From positions 62,001 through 126,000 of the forward strand of contig NIVC01000371.1 of the NCBI GenBank assembly GCA_002269645.1: a stretch of DNA of 64,000 nt, written 5' to 3'. The DNA comes from Macrostomum lignano (lineage: Eukaryota). This document shows positions 11,586 through 24,706 of this stretch, one piece after another (position 1 is the stretch's first letter; each line of letters opens with the position of its first letter). A model generated the notes under the pieces. It saw nothing but the letters and a program-made list of their open reading frames with translations, searched no databases and had not been told where the DNA came from. The position numbers and the translations under genes were made by a program.

Positions 11586-13591
11586 TCAGTTAGCCTTCTG
11601 CTTTCCAAACGGCATCGCGGCCCGAATCCGAGCATTGACCTCGTGATAGCGGTTCAACAGGTTGGCCAGGGCGGCGTCAACCTGAGCGTGCTGCATCGAG
11701 TACAGCTTAGGCAGGCTGAACAGTCCAATGAGTGCCAGGCCAATCAGGGTGGTGGCGTTCATCCAGGCTCCGATGTAGGTCAGGCCAATCAGACAGCAGA
11801 ACAGTTTCAGAGTGCGGACCGGATCCCGGCACAGCATCAGGCACAGCATGTAGTTGGCCGACTGCTCCAGGCTGGCTAGGCGGCGGTCCAGCCACTGGAT
11901 GAGCTGCTGCCTGCGGTCATTGGGGCAGGCGCTCGGTTACTCTATGTTTAAAACCTCTCCTGATCCTTCACGATTTGTCACTCCCATCTCCCTGATCCTT
12001 CACCGATCTGTCACTCCCATCTCCCCTGATCCTTCACCGATCTGTCACTCCCATCTCTCCTGATCCTTCACGATTTGTCACTCCCATCTCCCTGATCCTT
12101 CACCGATCTGTCACTCCCATCTCCCCTGATCCTTCACCGATCTGTCACTCCCATCTCTCCTGATCCTTCATCGATCTGTCACTCCCATCCTCCTGATCCT
12201 TCACCGATCTGTCACTCCCATCCTCCTGATCCTTCACCGATCTGTCACTCCCATCTCCCCTGATCCTTCACCGATCTGTCACTCCCATCTCTCCTGATCC
12301 TTCATCGATCTGTCACTCCCATCTCCCCTGATCCTTCACCGATCTGTCACTCCCATCTCCCTGATCCTTCACCGATCTGTCACTCCCATCTCCCCTGATC
12401 CTTCACCGATCTGTCACTCCCATCTCTCCTGATCCTTCACCGATCTGTCACTCCCATCCTCCTGATCCTTCACCGATCTGTCACTCCCATCTCTCCTGAT
12501 CCTTCACGATTTGTCACTCCCATCTCCCTGATCCTTCACCGATCTGTCACTCCCATCTCCCCTGATCCTTCACCGATCTGTCACTCCCATCTCTCCTGAT
12601 CCTTCATCGATCTGTCACTCCCATCCTCCTGATCCTTCACCGATCTGTCACTCCCATCTCCCCTGATCCTTCACCGATCTGTCACTCCCATCCTCCTGAT
12701 CCTTCACCGATCTGTCACTCCCATCCTCCTGATCCTTCCCCGATCCGTCACTCCCATCCTCCTGATCCTTCACCGATCTGTCACTCCTACCACCCTGATC
12801 CTTCACCGATCTGTCACTCCCATCTCCCCTGATCCTTCACCGATCTGTCACTCCCATCCTCCTGATCCTTCACCGATCTGTCACTCCCATCCTCCTGATC
12901 CTTCCCCGATCCGTCACTCCCATCCCACCTGATCCTTCACCGATCTGTCACTCCTACCACCCTGATCCTTCACCGATCTGCACTCCCCATCCTCCCTGAT
13001 CCCCTAGCGAGTCACTCCCATCACTCTGATCTCCTAGCGAGTCACTCCCATCCCCCTGATCCCCTAGCGAGTCAGCGGTCCGGGCCACAACCTGGGCAGT
13101 CGCACTGGCGCATGCAGCAGACAGCGAAGCGGCAGCGGCTCATCAAGCCCAGCAGCCTCGTCATCATTCTCTTCATTGTCAGTGCCGGCTCCGCCAGCCT
13201 CCCGCTGCTGCTGGCGCCTGCGCAGGCGAACAAATCTGTACAGACGAATAGCGCAGACGCACATTAGCGCGGCCAAGCCAACGTAGGCCAGCACGGAGAT
13301 AAACGAACGGGTGGCGACGGCCCACAGTAGGGCCAGCGACATGACCAGGACGGCGCCTGTCAGCCTGGGCTCCGTCCATAGCAGCAACGATTTCAGCCTT
13401 GGATGCGTCCGCTCGGCTAAGTAGCCGCAGTAGAGCAGCATGGCGGCCGGAGTAGAGCCGCAGGCTTGCTGCTTCTGCTGCAACAATTGCTTGCGCTGCT
13501 CCTGCAGCTCCCGATCGCTACCGTCTGACATGGCGGCTGAGTCGCCGGCGGCGTCAGTTGTTGAAACTATATCATCCGCTTCATTAGACAT
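11586..13591 (-). CDS. RTN: Reticulon family protein (reticulon homology domain), 2 exons
   Basis: Exon 1 is 13092-13591 (LLLWTEPRLTGAV..SFISVLAY, first hydrophobic hairpin). Exon 2 starts at 11910 or 11941 and ends at 11586 (TLKLFCCL..LTYIGAWMNATTLIGLALIGLFSLPKLY..HAQVD, second hairpin). The exon 2 acceptor is ambiguous. Confidence 0.88.
11955..13070. repeat. 33-35-bp minisatellite CCTGATCCTTCACCGATCTGTCACTCCCATCTC(C) (reticulon intron)
   Basis: About 33 copies filling the intron. Confidence 0.95.
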
Positions 13592-13719
13592 TGCTGATTA
13601 ATAATAGCTATTTTGTTTCCTTAGGAAGAGGATTATTGTGGCTTAGCAAATTATATCTCACTCTATAGCAGAAATGGCAAATGAAATACTGTGTGAAATA
13701 GAAACATGCTAAAATAGGG

Positions 13720-14045
13720 TAGTGGGCTCCCCAATAGGACAGTGAGCTCCCCAATGGGGTAGTGAGCTCCCCAATAGGGTAGTGAGCTCCCCAATAGGGT
13801 AGTGAGCTCTCCAATAGGGTAGTGAGCTCTCCAATAGGACAGTGAGCTCCCCAATAGGACAGTGAGCTCCCCAATAGGACAGTGAGCTCCCCAATAGGAC
13901 AGTGAGCTCTCCAATAGGGTAGTGAGCTCTCCAATAGGACAGTGAGCTCTCCAATAGGGTAGTGAGCTCCCCAATAGGGCAGTGAGCTCCCCAATAGGGC
14001 AGTGAGCTCCCCAATAGGACGGTGAGCTCCGCTTTAGGACAGTGA
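13720..14045. repeat. 20-bp minisatellite AGTGAGCTCCCCAATAGGGT
   Basis: Tandem copies. Confidence 0.93.
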
Positions 14046-15436
14046 GATCTTCTACACTCCAACAGTTTAATCTGCGCTAATCGCATTACTAAACACCCAA
14101 TCCCTATCAGCCAGAGAAACAGGACCAAATAAGGTACGGAAATCAGTCACACTAATCTCAAAGAAGCAGTATACTCTCGCTAGACATGTCAACGCGATGT
14201 GTACTATTGTATATTTGGGAAAATAATGTGTCGGGGGGGAAAATAATTTGCAAACAAAAGCCGAAAAATAAAATTATCATTAAAATACCGCAACCAATAG
14301 TGGACGTCTGTCCACTCTTATAAAATAATAATTAAACATACTTGCATACCGCACACCAGCAAAAACTATATAAATAGTATAGATTTATTAGAAAAGTATT
14401 GCACAATAGACAAATAATATTAAAGATGAGTTCGGTCCATAGGCACAGCACATCACTATTCAAATGTACAATCATATAGCGCAATCAGAAAGACAACAGT
14501 CCAGCGTTGTGGTTAATGGAAGGGAATTTATGATTGTTGCAAGATCTAAGCAACTAGACTAGTCTTTCTTCATTTACAAAATCAACTAATCGAAATAGTA
14601 AATTGAAGAGATGTACTCGTAATAAAAATTAACACTCACAAAATACTCGTTAAATTTAGATACAGTTCATTAATCGGATGCTGAACGTATAGGAAGACAG
14701 TATGAGCGCAATTGAAAATCAACGCAGTTCACTCATTCGTTACACGCGCTAGAATGGAGCCATAATTTCTAATTATTTTCAGTCTGTTTAGATTTCCTAA
14801 GAAACGTAATAAGCCTTGTAAATCTCAAACTGGATATTGATTGCTGCCTAGCTTTTGTCTACGGCCAGGAAACAAAAATACCAAAAAAGATCTGTCTGCA
14901 TGCAAAGCACGAATTGCAAGGTTTCGGCCATAGACATCAAGCATCAACACTTTCGAGAATTGAAGGTTCGGCCATAGACATCAAGCATCAAAACTATCCA
15001 GAATTTAAAGGCTCGCCCATAGACAACAAACATCAACAGGGCGCACTTTTGAGACAGTGCAATATAATAAGTAGTGCGAGCGTAATAACTGTGAATGGAA
15101 GAACTGGTATTGGCGCACGAGTTCAAAAAAATAGTTATACATAAACATAACAGAAAAATGAGACTAGAGTGGCACTGATTGCACACTACTGCAGCGATAC
15201 TTTTTGACTATCATCTTTAAACGCCAATAATGAAATATTGATAGATCTGGCAAAAGGCCAATGGATTAGATATATAATATATAATAAATGATACATAATA
15301 AACGCAAACGCGAAATCACAAAGCACGCGACAAAGATGGGAATGGTTAGCATTGGAAAACTGCAAACAATAAACAACAGGCGCAGCACAAAAATACACTG
15401 CCTGCAAGCAACTAAAAATTAGGTCTATGTATCGCA

Positions 15437-15865
15437 CTGAGGATCTGGGAGGCTGGCCCAGCAACTGAGGATCTGGGATGCTGGCCCAGCAACTGAGGAT
15501 CTGGGAGGCTGGCCCAGCAACTGAGGATCTGGGAGGCTGGCCCAGCAACTGAGCATCTGGGAGGCTGGTCCAGCAACTGAGGATCTGGGAGGCTGGCCCA
15601 GCAACTGAGCATCTGGGAGGCTGGTCCAGCAACTGAGGATCTGGGAGGCTGGCCCAGCAACTGAGCATCTGGGAGGCTGGCCCAGCAACTGAGGATCTGG
15701 GAGGCTGGCCCAGCAACTGAGCATCTGGGAGGCTGGCCCGGCAACTGAGCATCTGGAAGGCTGGCCCAGCAACTAAGGATCTGGGAGGCTGGCCCGGCAA
15801 CTGAGCATCTGGGATGCTGGCCCAGCAACTGAGGATCTGGGAGGCTGGCCCAGCAACAGGGCATT
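15437..15865. repeat. 28-bp minisatellite GGAGGCTGGCCCAGCAACTGAGGATCTG
   Basis: About 15 copies. Confidence 0.93.
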
Positions 15866-16151
15866 TGGGATTTATGACTGAGGATCTGATTTATTTCAGT
15901 TGCGGGTTGGAGGTGGCTCATTGTAAGGTCTTGGTAGATTGGTATCGGCTATAAATAATAACTGAAAAATGTACCAAGAAAAAAGAAAACCAAGACTGGT
16001 TGCCTGATGAAACTGTCAGCGAAAGAAAATGTACGCGGAACTTCACAGCTGATTAGTAAGTGTCGCTATAATGCTATCATGCACGAGTAGACGCGACTAC
16101 AATACGACTATACGATAGAAACGAGCGCTACTAAGCCAGAAATTATTGGAT

Positions 16152-16702
16152 TTAAGCGCCTGGCAGCTCTAAATGACAGAACGGATTGCTTCGATTCATA
16201 GTCGGCTCGCTGTTGGACCGGTGCACCTTGGGGGCATTCTCCAGGATGCCCAGGATCTGCGGATTGGCCAGCACCCCGGGGATGAGAGGGGAAGAAATTC
16301 CAATAATTAGTTATAATCAGATTTCAGCCAGACTGCGGCGCCATGAGCTGGCACTGAGCGAGCGCTAGGAGTGAGGAAAAAAACAAGAAGTTACGATTGA
16401 TAAAATCAGAGGAATCCAGAGAGCAATAGAACCGAGAGATGGGCTGAACGTGTAATAAAAAGAGACGGAGAAAGTTGGGAACAGAAGAAAGACAGTTTCT
16501 ATCTGTCCGACTGTCACTATAAGATGACAGAGATGGACGGACTGGAGAGCAGATAGAGAGAGACAAACAGAAAGACAAAGAGGCAGACAGACAGACAGAC
16601 AGACATACAGACAGATAGATAGACAGACAGAGACAGACAGACAGACACTAAGACCGACCGACAGACAGACAGACAGACATACAGACAGATAGATAGACAG
16701 AC

Positions 16703-16733
<31 letters not shown>

Positions 16734-19700
16734 CTAAGACCGACCGACAGACAGACAGACAGACATACAGACAGATAGATAGACAGACAGAGACAGACAG
16801 ACAGACACTAAGACCGACCGACAGACAGACAGGCAGGCAGGCAGACAGAATCCAGCGGGCTTACAATCCTGAACAGCGGCCGCAGCGCTCTATCAAACTG
16901 CACGCACTTGGCCAGCAGCTCGGGCAGCGGAGCCGGCGTATCCTTGCGCAGCCGGCCAGGGTCGGGCCGAAGCGCGCCCCGGCCAACGTTAAATAATATC
17001 AGGTCTTTATTATTGCACAGGCCGCTGTAGGGCAGCTGGCCGCTGCACAGTTCGTATAGCACAACGCCGTAGGCGTAGACGTCAGATTTAACAGAATAGG
17101 GCTCGTCGTCTTCCATTCGGATCACTTCGGGAGCCTGGCGGATTTCAATGAAAATTTGAGTTTTTAGTTCCTATTTCTACTGTTATTTTATTATCTACAA
17201 AGTGTGGATATCGTTGTTATAATGTTCCGATAATTTTTCCGGGTTTGCACTTTATTACAAGCTTACAATCCAAAAAGTTTTTTTTGACATTTGACTAAAA
17301 ACTCACTCCCCCCTACTGTCACGTTATACAAGTACGAGTATTTTTATTCACCATCCACAGAATGGAGCCGCTTGGCTGCCGACACTGCCGTGAGCCGCTC
17401 CAAGGCGTTTTCACTGTTGCCAGGCCAAAGTCGCCAATCTTCACTGCGCTCTCGTGCAGTAGAATGTCTGATTTCGAGTGGGGCGAAGGAGTGATTTAGG
17501 CGAAATAAATTGCTTTCAAATATCAATCTTCGGATTTGATGACCTCAAATTGACCCCTGGGTTGAGGGCACGGAATTTTAGGACCTCAGATGAGCAAATT
17601 ACGAGGGGTGATCAAAAAGTTCTGCAACCTTTTGTTGTAGCTTTTAGTTATAGAATCGGCAAAAGCCAAAAACTTACACATACGTGGCTATATCTGTTTG
17701 CTACATTTATATGCATTTTTGGCTTCCAAATGTGCCCCAGTCAAATTTCACAGCCAGATATTTTCCATGTGTTTTCAGTAGCTGATGGAAACATCAAAAG
17801 ACAGCGTTTGCTTCTATATCTTTATGTGCATGCAACTTGGTTGCAAAGTGACTGAGATTCATACCGATCTGGTGAATGTTTTAGCTGACTCTGCTCCATC
17901 ATTTGACATGGTTGCCCGCTGGCTGCGCCATTTCTTGGAAGGCTGGGACAGCTTCAACGATGAACCGAGGTCTGGCTGACCCCGGACATCCGTGACCGAA
18001 GATGTCGTGGCCCATGCCGATGCAATAATTCGTGAGGATTGGAGCATTATGCTGAGATTCCTTGCCTATGAGCTTGGTGTCAGCTATAGAAGTGCTCATA
18101 ACATCATGCATGAGCAACTAGGCCGCACAAAGACCTGCGCTCGGTGGGTACCCATCTTCTCACTCCGGAGCAGCAAGCAGAGAGGGTGCACATCTGTCGC
18201 TTGTGGGTGCAAATTTTTTAGCCCCACGGCCCACGACGACTGTCGGATGTCATCACAGGAGACGAATGTTGGATCTGCTTCTCTACCATAAAGGATAAGC
18301 AGTCCAACATGGTCTGGCTGGCAGAAGATGAGCCTAGGCCTGAGGTGCTGAAGACCGGATTCCGCAGTCGGCAGCGGATGTTCACCATTTTTTTCAACTC
18401 TCAGGGTGTTGTATCGGTAAAAATCCTTCCAGCGGGTGCCACAGTGACTGCCAGGTACTACACAGACACTGTTCTGCCAGGCGTGCTGCAGGAGCAGCAG
18501 AAACGTGCGCGAACCAGGCATGGACCTCAACTCCTGCTGCACCATGACAATGCGGCACCGCACAGAGCGGCCTCAACCTTGGTGTACCTGGAGCAGCAGG
18601 GGGTCCGGATGCTGCCCCATCCTCCCTACTCTTCAGATCTAGCACCGTGCGACTTTTGGCTGTTCCCGAGGATCAAATCCGTCATTTCTGGGAGGCTGTT
18701 TTCACGCATGCAAGACCTTGCCCAAGCGGTACATTCAGATCTACAGGGTATACCAACTTCGGAGTACCATGACTGCTTTCAGACATGGTGCATACGCATT
18801 GCGATGGTGCATAGATAGTGGTGGAAAGTACTTTGAGGGAATGTGACACTGATTAGACGCCGTGGCTGCTGTAACACTGAGTTGTGAGGTCACTTGCAGA
18901 ACTTTTTGATCACCCCTCGTATTTTAATTATAGACCATACTATTGACAGTAGTGAACTCAGCCTAAAAGATATTGATGAGACGGTATTTTTTAAATTTGC
19001 GGTGACCTCAGATTACCCCGACTGAAGAAAAGGATATCAAGGATTAGGTGAACCCAGTTTAAGGACACGAATATCCAGTGACCTTAGATAAACCCCGATT
19101 GAGGACACGGGTATCAAGGATCCAGTGACCTTAGGTGAAGCTAGTTTAAGGACACGGGTTCAAGGATCCAATGACCTTAGGTGAACCCAGTTGAAGGACA
19201 CGGGTATTAGGGATCCAGTGACCTTAGATAAACCCCGATTGACGACACGGGTATTAAGGAGCCGGTGACCTTTAGAAAGACTTACTGCTAGACTTCAGAT
19301 CTCGGTGTATAATCCGCTTAGCATGCAGATAGTCCATGCCCTGTGCGGTCTGCCTGGCAATGTCGAGCAGGTCGTCAGGCTTGAAAGCGGCATCGAGCAC
19401 GTGCAGATGCCTATACAACGAGGAGCCGTCGCACCATTGTGTGATAATAGCCAGCTTAGGCTTGCTAACACAGCCAAGGAAGAGCAGCACATTCTCGTGT
19501 CGAGTCTTTCTCAGCACGGCTACTTCATTCTTAAACGCCTGAGTTTGCATAGCGCTCTGATCGACTACGTTGAGCTCTTTAATAGCCACAGGGCCGTGCC
19601 AGTAGCCTTTGTACACGGTGCCAAATGATCCTGAGCCGATGCACTCGTAGCGTACAATTGCGTCGTGCGGAATCTCCCAACCGTCGCGCGACTCCCGACG

Positions 19701-22700
19701 ACGTCTGGCGCCGTTAGAAGCGCCGCCGGCTCCACTGCCAGACGTCGATGCTAGAGAAGTTGACGATGGCCGGTCGCGATGCAGGCCAAATTGTTGGTAC
19801 TGAAACCAGCCGGAAGGAACGTGAGGCAACAGATAGGCCACTCTTTGCGACTGCTGATGCTGGTAAATCTGCTGCTGCTGCTGCTGCAACTGTAGCTGCA
19901 GTTGTTGTTGTTGTTGTTGCTGCTGTTGTTGCTGTTGCTTCAGGGTTGTTGCGATTGCCTAGGAAAGGTGGATGAAGCATAGCGAGACATAACAGTAAGA
20001 ATTTGTTACTAACCACCACAGGCCTTTTCTGCTAAATTCGTAAATTTTATAGCCTAAAGTTACAGCAAATTTTATGCACAGAGTCGCTTTTACAAGCTCG
20101 AAACTTGTCAAGCTCGAATCTTCTCAAGCTCAAGTCTTCTCAAGCTCGAATCTTCGTAAGCTCAAATCTTCTCAAGCTCGAAACTTCTCAAGCTCGAAAT
20201 TTTACAAGCTGGAAACCTCTCAAGCTCAAATCTTCTCTAGCTAGAAACTTCTCAAGCTCGAAACTTCTCAAGCTCGAAATTTTACAAGCTCGAAACTTCT
20301 CAAGCTCGAAACTTCTCAAGCTCGAAACTTCTTAAGCTCGAAACTTCTCAAGCTCGAAACTTCTCAAGCTCGAAATTTTACAAGCTCGAAACTTCTTAAG
20401 CTCGAAATTTTACAAGCTCGAAACTTCTTAAGCTCGAAATTTTACAAGCTCGAAATTTCTCAAGCTCGAAACTTCTTAAGCTCGAAATTTTACAAGCTCG
20501 AAACTTCTCAAGCTCCAAACTCCAAAAGCTCGGAACCTCACTGTGATGACCTCAGTTAGTTAAAATTATTATTTTGGTTATTTCGTCGTTCGCCTGCGCG
20601 TAACCTTTTCTTTGCTCACCAAGCTCAAGCCTTCTCGCTCTGTGCATAACACGTACGCGATGGAACGTCCCCCCCCGCAATCTGTGTGCAATTGCACGTT
20701 GCTCAAAATCAAATATATAAACGCTGAGTAAGAGAATTATAATATAACAAGTCGACTGTTCTGCCAACCAAAGCTGAGTCTTTACACTCACAAGCACGAA
20801 ACTTGTTAAACTTCTTAAGGGACTCGTAGAAAACTTCTCAGCAAGCAAGCATACTGTTCGCCCATTCGATTCACAAGTTTTGTCCAACTAAATGTCTTCA
20901 AGTTAAAATCTACCAAGGGAATGGCAAGCAAGCAAAGTTCTGTTTTCGGTGTATTTTCATAAACACATGTTTACAGTTTTTTCTAATCTTTTAGTATCTT
21001 TTTTACAGACAATATCTACATTTAAAAATAGGATTTCCCTAGAACAAAAGAGACATGGACGACAGGGACAGGCAAAAAGCCAGCCGGAGGATCTGCCCCC
21101 GCCCTCCAGGCACTTCGGTTCTTAAAACTTCTCATTCCTCCACCCCCCCTGCTAAGCCCAAGGGTCTGGGGGCGGGAGAAGTGCATTCTATTTAAGTATA
21201 TTTGATTACTTAGCTACACGCACAAAAGTGACGAATCCAGGGTCCACACCTAGCTGTCTTCTTAGCTTCACCCTGTCTGCACCGGGCGCCTGTCTGCGTC
21301 CTGTTTTTTTCCCTAATCTTAGCTGAACACAAATCGGCGACGGATTGAGCATGGCAAGAAATCAATAGCTGTTATAATCATAAAAAATGATCAGATTAAG
21401 CCGAATAGTATGGTTCCTACTTGTTCCTACCGTGTTAACAACTGTGTTTCAATTAAACAGTGGGTCTAAATTGATCAAATCTACAGTAAATCTGTTTTTA
21501 AGTGCAACAAGGAAAGCTTTTTCGCTGTATAAAAGATGGATATAGTGATAGTTTAGGCCCTATTGGCTCCTGGTTTTGCAGGGTCAGTCAGGGTCAAGCT
21601 GTGCATGCGGCAGTTTTGCAGGGTCAGTCAGGGTCAAGCTGTGCATGCGGCAGTTTTGCAGGGTCAGTCAGGGTCAAGCTGTGCATGCGGCAGTTTTGCA
21701 GGGTCAGTCAGGGTCAAGCTGTGCATGCGGCAGTTTTGCAGGGTCAGTCAGGGACAAGCTGTGCATGCGGCAGTTTTGCAGGGTCAGTCAGGGTCAAGCT
21801 GTGCATGCGGCAGTTTTGCAGGGTCAGTCAGGGTCAAGCTGTGCATGCGGCAGTTTTGCAGGGTCAGTCAGGGACAAGCTGTGCATGCGGCAGTTTTGCA
21901 GGGTCAGTCAGGGACAAGCTGTGCATGCGGCAGTTTTGCAGGGTCAGTCAGGGACAAGCTGTGCATGCGGCAGTTTTGCAGGGTCAGTCAGGGACAAGCT
22001 GTGCATGAGGCAGTTTGACTTTCTTTCAGCTGACTGTTACTTTGAGGGTGTAGCAATAGCCATTTAACCATTTAAGAGCCTAGACCATCCTATACAAAAC
22101 TGGCAGCCCTTGTACATCATAGTATTCATAATTAATTGCATTGGTAACAAGTAGTGCAAATTCACTCAACCCAATTGCACCAGCATTACACCAGTAAACA
22201 AATGTTAACACGTGGCAAAAGTGTTCCAAAACAAATTTATCTTCATATAGCCAATAAAAATACCCTGCCAATCAAATACGAAACACCTTGGGAAGTCGGA
22301 AAAAACCATATAAAACGATTAATAATAACAGTTGTAACAATTCTTACCAGGCGTAGTCCAGGGTTCATCTTGAAAAAATTATAGATAATGCAATCTATAT
22401 ATGGTACATCGACTTCGACTTCGGCACAAAGGGGAGAGAATGGGAGACTGGGATATCTTAATTAAGCTTCAGGGTCCGAACTCAGGATGCCAGATTGCAG
22501 CCCCAGGGTGACAGCTGGTATCAATTAAAAAGTTATTGCACAATAGAAATAGAAAACTCACGTCTCTAAAGTCGGCCTCCTCAGGCGACATAAACTGGCG
22601 CACATTCGGCGTACTGATGCACCGATTCAAATCCTTGGCAGACGGAGCCGACAGCATCGGCGGCACGGGCTGATAGTCGCCCAAGGGCGAGGAGGCGTCG

Positions 22701-24263
22701 CCGCCGCCGATGCTGCCGCTGCTGCCGCCCATGCCGCCGCCGCCGCCGCCAGTCTGGTAGCGCGACAAACTCGACGGCGGCAACTGGGGCCGAGAGCCTT
22801 TGGGCTTCCGGCGGAAGCTCAGCTTGCGAATGCGAGGCAGGGATCTAAGAGCGCGGCGGGAGGGCGGCGGGAAATGTTGGGTCGTGAAAAAGGTCGTTTT
22901 TTAAGAAAATAGGATTTTTCTGAGTTTGTCTTGTCGAATTTTTCCCAATATTTTCCTTGCTAGTCTTAGTGGAGCTTTATCCACACGCCTTTTCTAATCA
23001 GTTTTCCCTTCTGGTTCATCCCTACCGGTTCATCCCTACCGGTTTATCCCTACCGGTTCATCCCCTACAAGTTCATCCCCTACCGGTTCATCCCCTACCG
23101 GTTCATCCCTACCGGTTTTTCCCTACCGGTTCATCCCCTACCGGTTCATCCCTACCGGTTCATCCCTACCGGTTCATCCCTACCGGTTCATCCCTACCGG
23201 TTTATCCCTACCGGTTCATCCCCTACAAGTTCATCCCCTACCGGTTCATCCCCTACCGGTTCATCCCTACCGGTTTTTCCCTACCGGTTCATCCCCTACC
23301 GGTTCATCCCTACCGGTTCATCCCTACCGGTTCATCCCTACCGGTTCATCCCCTATCGGTTCATCCCTACCGGTTCATCCCTACCGGTTTTTCCCTACCG
23401 GTTCATCCCCTACAGGTTCATCCCCGGTTCATCCCTACCGGTTCATCCCTACCGGTTCATGCCTACTGGTTTATCCCTACCGGTTCATCCCTACCGGTTT
23501 ATCCCCTACCGGTTTATCCCCTACCGGTTTATCCCCTACAGGTTCATCCCTACCAGTTCATCCCTACCGGTTTATTCAACCCTAACCGGTTCATCCCGAC
23601 TGGTTTATTCATCCCTAACCGGTTCATCCCGACTGGTTTATCCCTACCAGCTTTCCTCAGCGATTTTCCCCGGCAACCATCAGCAAACTGAGCCACTCAC
23701 AATCCGTCCAGCTTCGACCAGGAAAACTCTCGCCTAGGCGGCGCCGTCGCCGACATTAACTCTGGCGCCGCGGCGGACGCCGAGCAAACGGCGCCTACGT
23801 CGCAGCAGCGCTGATGAAACCGGGCCTGACAAGTCAAACAGTGATAGCCGCGAATCAAGAGCCTTGAGCACTTGGAACAATACACAATAGTGAAGAATGT
23901 CTTGTGCTGCAGGTTGTGCGTCGAGCGAAGCCTACACGGCGCGGACGAGCTGCTGACGGTGGTCTCGACTAGGAGCTCGCAGCCTAGCTCAGCCAGCTCG
24001 GCAGCGTCGGCGTCCCAGCTGATTGGCGGACCGCGCGGCTCCGTCAACGCGTAGACGGTGCAGTCGGCCACGCGTAGGCTCCGGGTAGTGAGCTTCCGTT
24101 CCAGCAGGTCGCGCAGGCTGGCGCCAGGCCGGACTGTCACGGTGGTGCGCTGGTTGCGGGGCAGCCGGGCTCGGAGCATCAGCTCACCGGCGGCTGGCAA
24201 CGACGACGACGACGGCGAAGAGATCGGCGACGGGCTAGCTGAAGCTGGGCGTTGCTCCGTCAT
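16152..24263 (-). CDS. RAF: Raf serine/threonine kinase (RBD, C1, CR2, kinase domain), 6 exons, about 669 aa
   Basis: Exons 23701-24263, 22562-22844, 19286-19958, 17352-17467, 16865-17134, 16152-16256; all splice phases consistent. RBD (LPRNQRTTV), C1 ([16 protein letters not shown]), CR2 [53 protein letters not shown]-terminal HRSNSEP 14-3-3 site. Exons 4 and 6 are absent from the ORF track. Confidence 0.96.
16585..16845. repeat. (GACA)n-rich microsatellite (Raf intron 5)
   Basis: Tetramer repeats with internal duplications. Confidence 0.9.
17602..18919 (+). mobile_element. Mariner (D,D34D) DNA transposon, 1318 bp, defective, in Raf intron 3
   Basis: Perfect 26-bp TIRs CGAGGGGTGATCAAAAAGTTCTGCAA (17602-17627 and 18894-18919), TA duplication on both sides (17600-17601, 18920-18921). 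Confidence 0.95.
17785..18846 (+). pseudogene. Mariner transposase pseudogene
   Basis: HTH N-terminus, WVP, GDECW, HDNA and YSSDLAPCD with 34 residues between the last two catalytic Asp. Stops at 17977-17979 and 18219-18221; frameshifts near 18152 and 18798. Confidence 0.92.
19000..19275. repeat. Degenerate ~57-bp tandem repeat (Raf intron 3)
   Basis: Recurring AAGGACACGGGTAT..GGATCCAGTGACCTTAG. Confidence 0.75.
20090..20530. repeat. 16-bp minisatellite TCAAGCTCGAAACTTC (Raf intron 2)
   Basis: Tandem copies. Confidence 0.93.
21577..22017. repeat. Near-perfect 40-bp minisatellite, 11 copies (Raf intron 2)
   Basis: Unit GGGTCAGTCAGGG(T/A)CAAGCTGTGCATGCGGCAGTTTTGCA. Confidence 0.97.
23000..23660. 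repeat. 14/15-bp minisatellite CCGGTTCATCCC(C)TA (Raf intron 1)
   Basis: Tandem copies. Confidence 0.93.
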
Positions 24264-24394
24264 GACCCGCTGCCGTTGAAGGTAATCAGCTTGGCCGTCG
24301 CCGCAATCGACAACTTCCTGTTTAAATAAATGACAGTTAGGAAATGGCAGGGCTATGGTTATCGAAGCCTTTCAGTGGGCTATAGTGGGGTGCG

Positions 24395-24625
24395 AAGTTT
24401 GAGGATGTGAAGGTTGGGAATGTGAATTTCGGGGATGTGAAGTTTGGGGATATGAAGGTTTGGGATATGGGTCTTAGGGTGTGAATTTTGGGGCTGTGAA
24501 GTTTGGGGATGTGAAGTTTGGGATGTGAATTATGGGGATGTGAAGTCTGGGGATGTGAATTATGGGGATGTGAAGTTTAGGATGTGAATTATGGGGATGT
24601 GAAGTTTGGGGATGTGAAGTTTGGG
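24395..24625. repeat. Degenerate ~15-bp repeat TGTGAAGTTTGGGGA
   Basis: Tandem copies upstream of Raf. Confidence 0.8.
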
Positions 24626-24706
24626 CTGTAAATATAAAGTTTGGGAGATTAATATAAATTTTGTGGATTTGAACTTTGGGGGGTGTAAAGCTTGGTGATA
24701 TGAAAT

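Noticed and set aside
21577-22017. CRISPR-like regular repeats (also the 40-bp array at 53641 and the 177-bp array)
   Set aside because: The units abut with no unique spacers, no cas genes are present, and the context is eukaryotic and intronic.
22064-22085. TTAA-CCATTTAAGAGCC, resembling a piggyBac end
   Set aside because: No matching inverted partner was found in the window.
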